64,000 nucleotides of DNA, taken from Pristiophorus japonicus (lineage: Eukaryota). A program made the translations under genes and the position numbers. The stretch is taken from contig NC_091985.1 in the NCBI RefSeq assembly GCF_044704955.1, positions 69,626,001 to 69,690,000 on the forward strand, read 5' to 3'. Numbering within the stretch: the first letter of the stretch is position 1; every line of letters starts with the position of its first letter. Below are positions 62,079 through 64,000 of the stretch, in pieces. The notes under the pieces are model-generated. The model saw only the letters and a list, made by a program, of their open reading frames with translations. It made no database searches and was not told the origin of the DNA.

Positions 62079-62257
62079 GAAGAAGTACATGTGCCAGACC
62101 TGCACACCAACCTGATTACAGACTCAGATGAGACGTCAAACCCAGGCCAAGTCTGTTTTCTCAGGTCGATGTAAAAGATCCTATGACAGTATTTTGAAGA
62201 AGAGCAGGGGAGTTCTCCTCCCCAGGACAATATCAACCAACATCGCTAAAACAGATT

Positions 62258-63059
62258 GGGGCCGAAATTGAGCCCTGCCCCAAACGGGATGCACCTTCTG
62301 TTCTTTTCAAGTAAATCCGGAGAAATTCAGGACTTGGATTTTTTTTGTGGTCAGGGCGAATGTCGTGTGGTCAGCGGGGCAGCAATGCGGGTGGGTCGCA
62401 ATGGCTCTCGCTCCGAGTCATCAGCGCCACGCTGTTCAGCCATGAACTCATTGAATGGCGGTGCAGGCTCAAAGGGCCGAATGGTCTACTCCTGCACCTA
62501 TTTTCTATGTTTCTTTGTTTCTATGTCACAACGTCCCTCCCCTTCAGTTAAAGGGGTGGGCCGCTGTGAACTCTGCAAAGATTTTAGTTAGGTCCACTGA
62601 GCCACCAGTGAGCATTTCAGCTGGGCCAGCAGCCTGGCACCCAAGAGGGCCAGCAGCCAAGAGAGGTGCCAGGCTGTCTGTTAGCGGCCCGGCCAAACCC
62701 ATGGGCAGAATTGTCAGCCCAACCTGGCATTTGGCCAGCAATAAAAAAATCAGATGGAGTTACTGGCAGCACGACCTCCCCTTTAAGGGTGGACGCGCCA
62801 CCCAGCCACAGACAGCTCCCCGCTGGGCAGCGCCGCAATTTCCAGTGGGGCAGTACTGCGCGAGGGGCGGAAAGGGGATTGCCACCGGTCGGTAAGAGGT
62901 TGGTGCGTGCCTGATGCAGCGGGAAAATAGGCGGAGCAGAAACCCCTTCCCGCCACTTCGGGCCCGGGGACAATTTCAGACAGCCCTTCTGTCTGCCCCC
63001 AGTTGGTATGACCTCTTTGAGGCGGTAATGGAGCACATGGAAGGGTTAATTTTGGCCCC
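62258..63059. mobile_element. Harbinger-type MITE
   Basis: TIRs GGGGCCGAAATT and GGGGCCAAAATT; ATT TSD at 62255-62257 and 63060-63062. Confidence 0.88.
62433..62525 (+). mobile_element. CR1 3'-terminal stub of about 93 bp
   Basis: TGTTCAGCCATGAACTCATTGAATGGCGGTGCAGGC...TTTTCTATGTTTC, near-identical to the young CR1 3' UTR. Confidence 0.9.
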
Positions 63060-64000
63060 ATTATCTGGTCATGATCACATTGCTGTTTTGTGGGAGCTTG
63101 CAGTTTGCAAATTGGCTGCTGTGTTTCCTACATTACAACAATGACTACACTTCAAAAGTACTTTATTGGTTGCAAAGTGCTTTGGGACATCCTGAGGTCA
63201 TGAAAGGCGCTATATAAATGCAAATCTTTCTTTCTTTCTTTCTATACTGTGCAGCCAGATTGCATTATAATGACTTGAGAGATGAGAGGTCATCGCGTTT
63301 TGGGGTGTCCTCAAATGTCAAACAGGCCAACCCTCCTTGCACACACCTCATGCAGCTGCATGTCCATCTTGCTGGACAGCACCAAGGGGTTGGGTGCTCT
63401 GTTGCTTCCGACAGACTCCATTTTGTGCCTCCATGTTGGGTTCCATTTCACTTCATTTTTGTTTTGCATTTCTCCCCTCACCCACACCCATAACCAAAGC
63501 CACAAGCTTGGCAAAGGCAGACAAGTATTAATAATTCACTTTTTGAAGCTTGATAAAGACTAATGCAATATTCCTGTAAAGAGCCACTTTTAAGTGTGCA
63601 CATCCCTTTAAATTTGACATGCTACCCTGATTTTCTGCAGTCCCGCACCTCCCCCCCCCCCCCTCCCCACATAATCTCCCGCACCCCTTTAGCCTAGCTT
63701 CCCGCAGAGAGCCAAAGCCGTGAAGACAGCTATGAGTCATTATTTAAACAAGTTAGCCACAGAAATACACACCCCCTTTCACTTGGTATGTGCAGGCCAT
63801 GCACTGTACCCTATTTGAGGTCCTGCTCCTGAGTCTTTACCAGTACCCCGCTGCATCTGATTACTGGAAAATATCTGATCCTGCCTGCGGGTGGTGAATC
63901 TCTTGCTCTTGTTTCCGTTCCTTATGAGGAAACTTCTGAACAACAGTCAGCACCTGCCTACAACTATGATGAGCATCATTGGTGTAGTGCATGTAGGCAC

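Larger units (their letters stand above)
62124..63243 (+). mobile_element. DeuSINE (SacSINE1/AmnSINE1-like Deu domain), headless, split by a MITE
   Basis: GTAAAAGATCC...GAAGAAGAGCAGGGGAGTTCTCC...AAACAGATT|ATCTGGTC...CAAATTGGCTGC...GGCGCTATATAAATGCAA and a (TTTC)n tail; family recognised from memory. Confidence 0.75.

Overview
Vertebrate genomic DNA, most likely a cartilaginous fish (inferred from the CR1, L2, RTE, DeuSINE and Harbinger-MITE repertoire, not database-checked). It is intronic or intergenic and dominated by transposable elements, and no host protein-coding gene can be identified with confidence. The centrepiece (about 28.0-45.2 kb) is a nested stack inside one old CR1 LINE. A Mag-like Ty3/Gypsy LTR retrotransposon (28745-36283) carries a young CR1 with a nearly intact ORF2. 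A PIF/Harbinger transposon (36602-45196; 20-bp TIRs, TAT TSD) has its transposase split by a CR1 that holds a second, inverted CR1, and it also contains a 568-bp solo LTR with a 40-bp tandem array. Elsewhere are many CR1, L2 and RTE fragments, two SINEs, Harbinger-type MITEs with 3-bp TSDs, a Tc1/mariner MITE and Penelope-like fold-back elements with a hammerhead-like core. I found no convincing wholly new system. The best leads are the hammerhead-like motif, a MITE hairpin with splice donors on both strands, a 37-bp RTE target duplication, asymmetric LTR divergence, and possible promoter or small-exon signals at 12.2 kb and 55.5-58.8 kb. All alignments and counts were done by eye.
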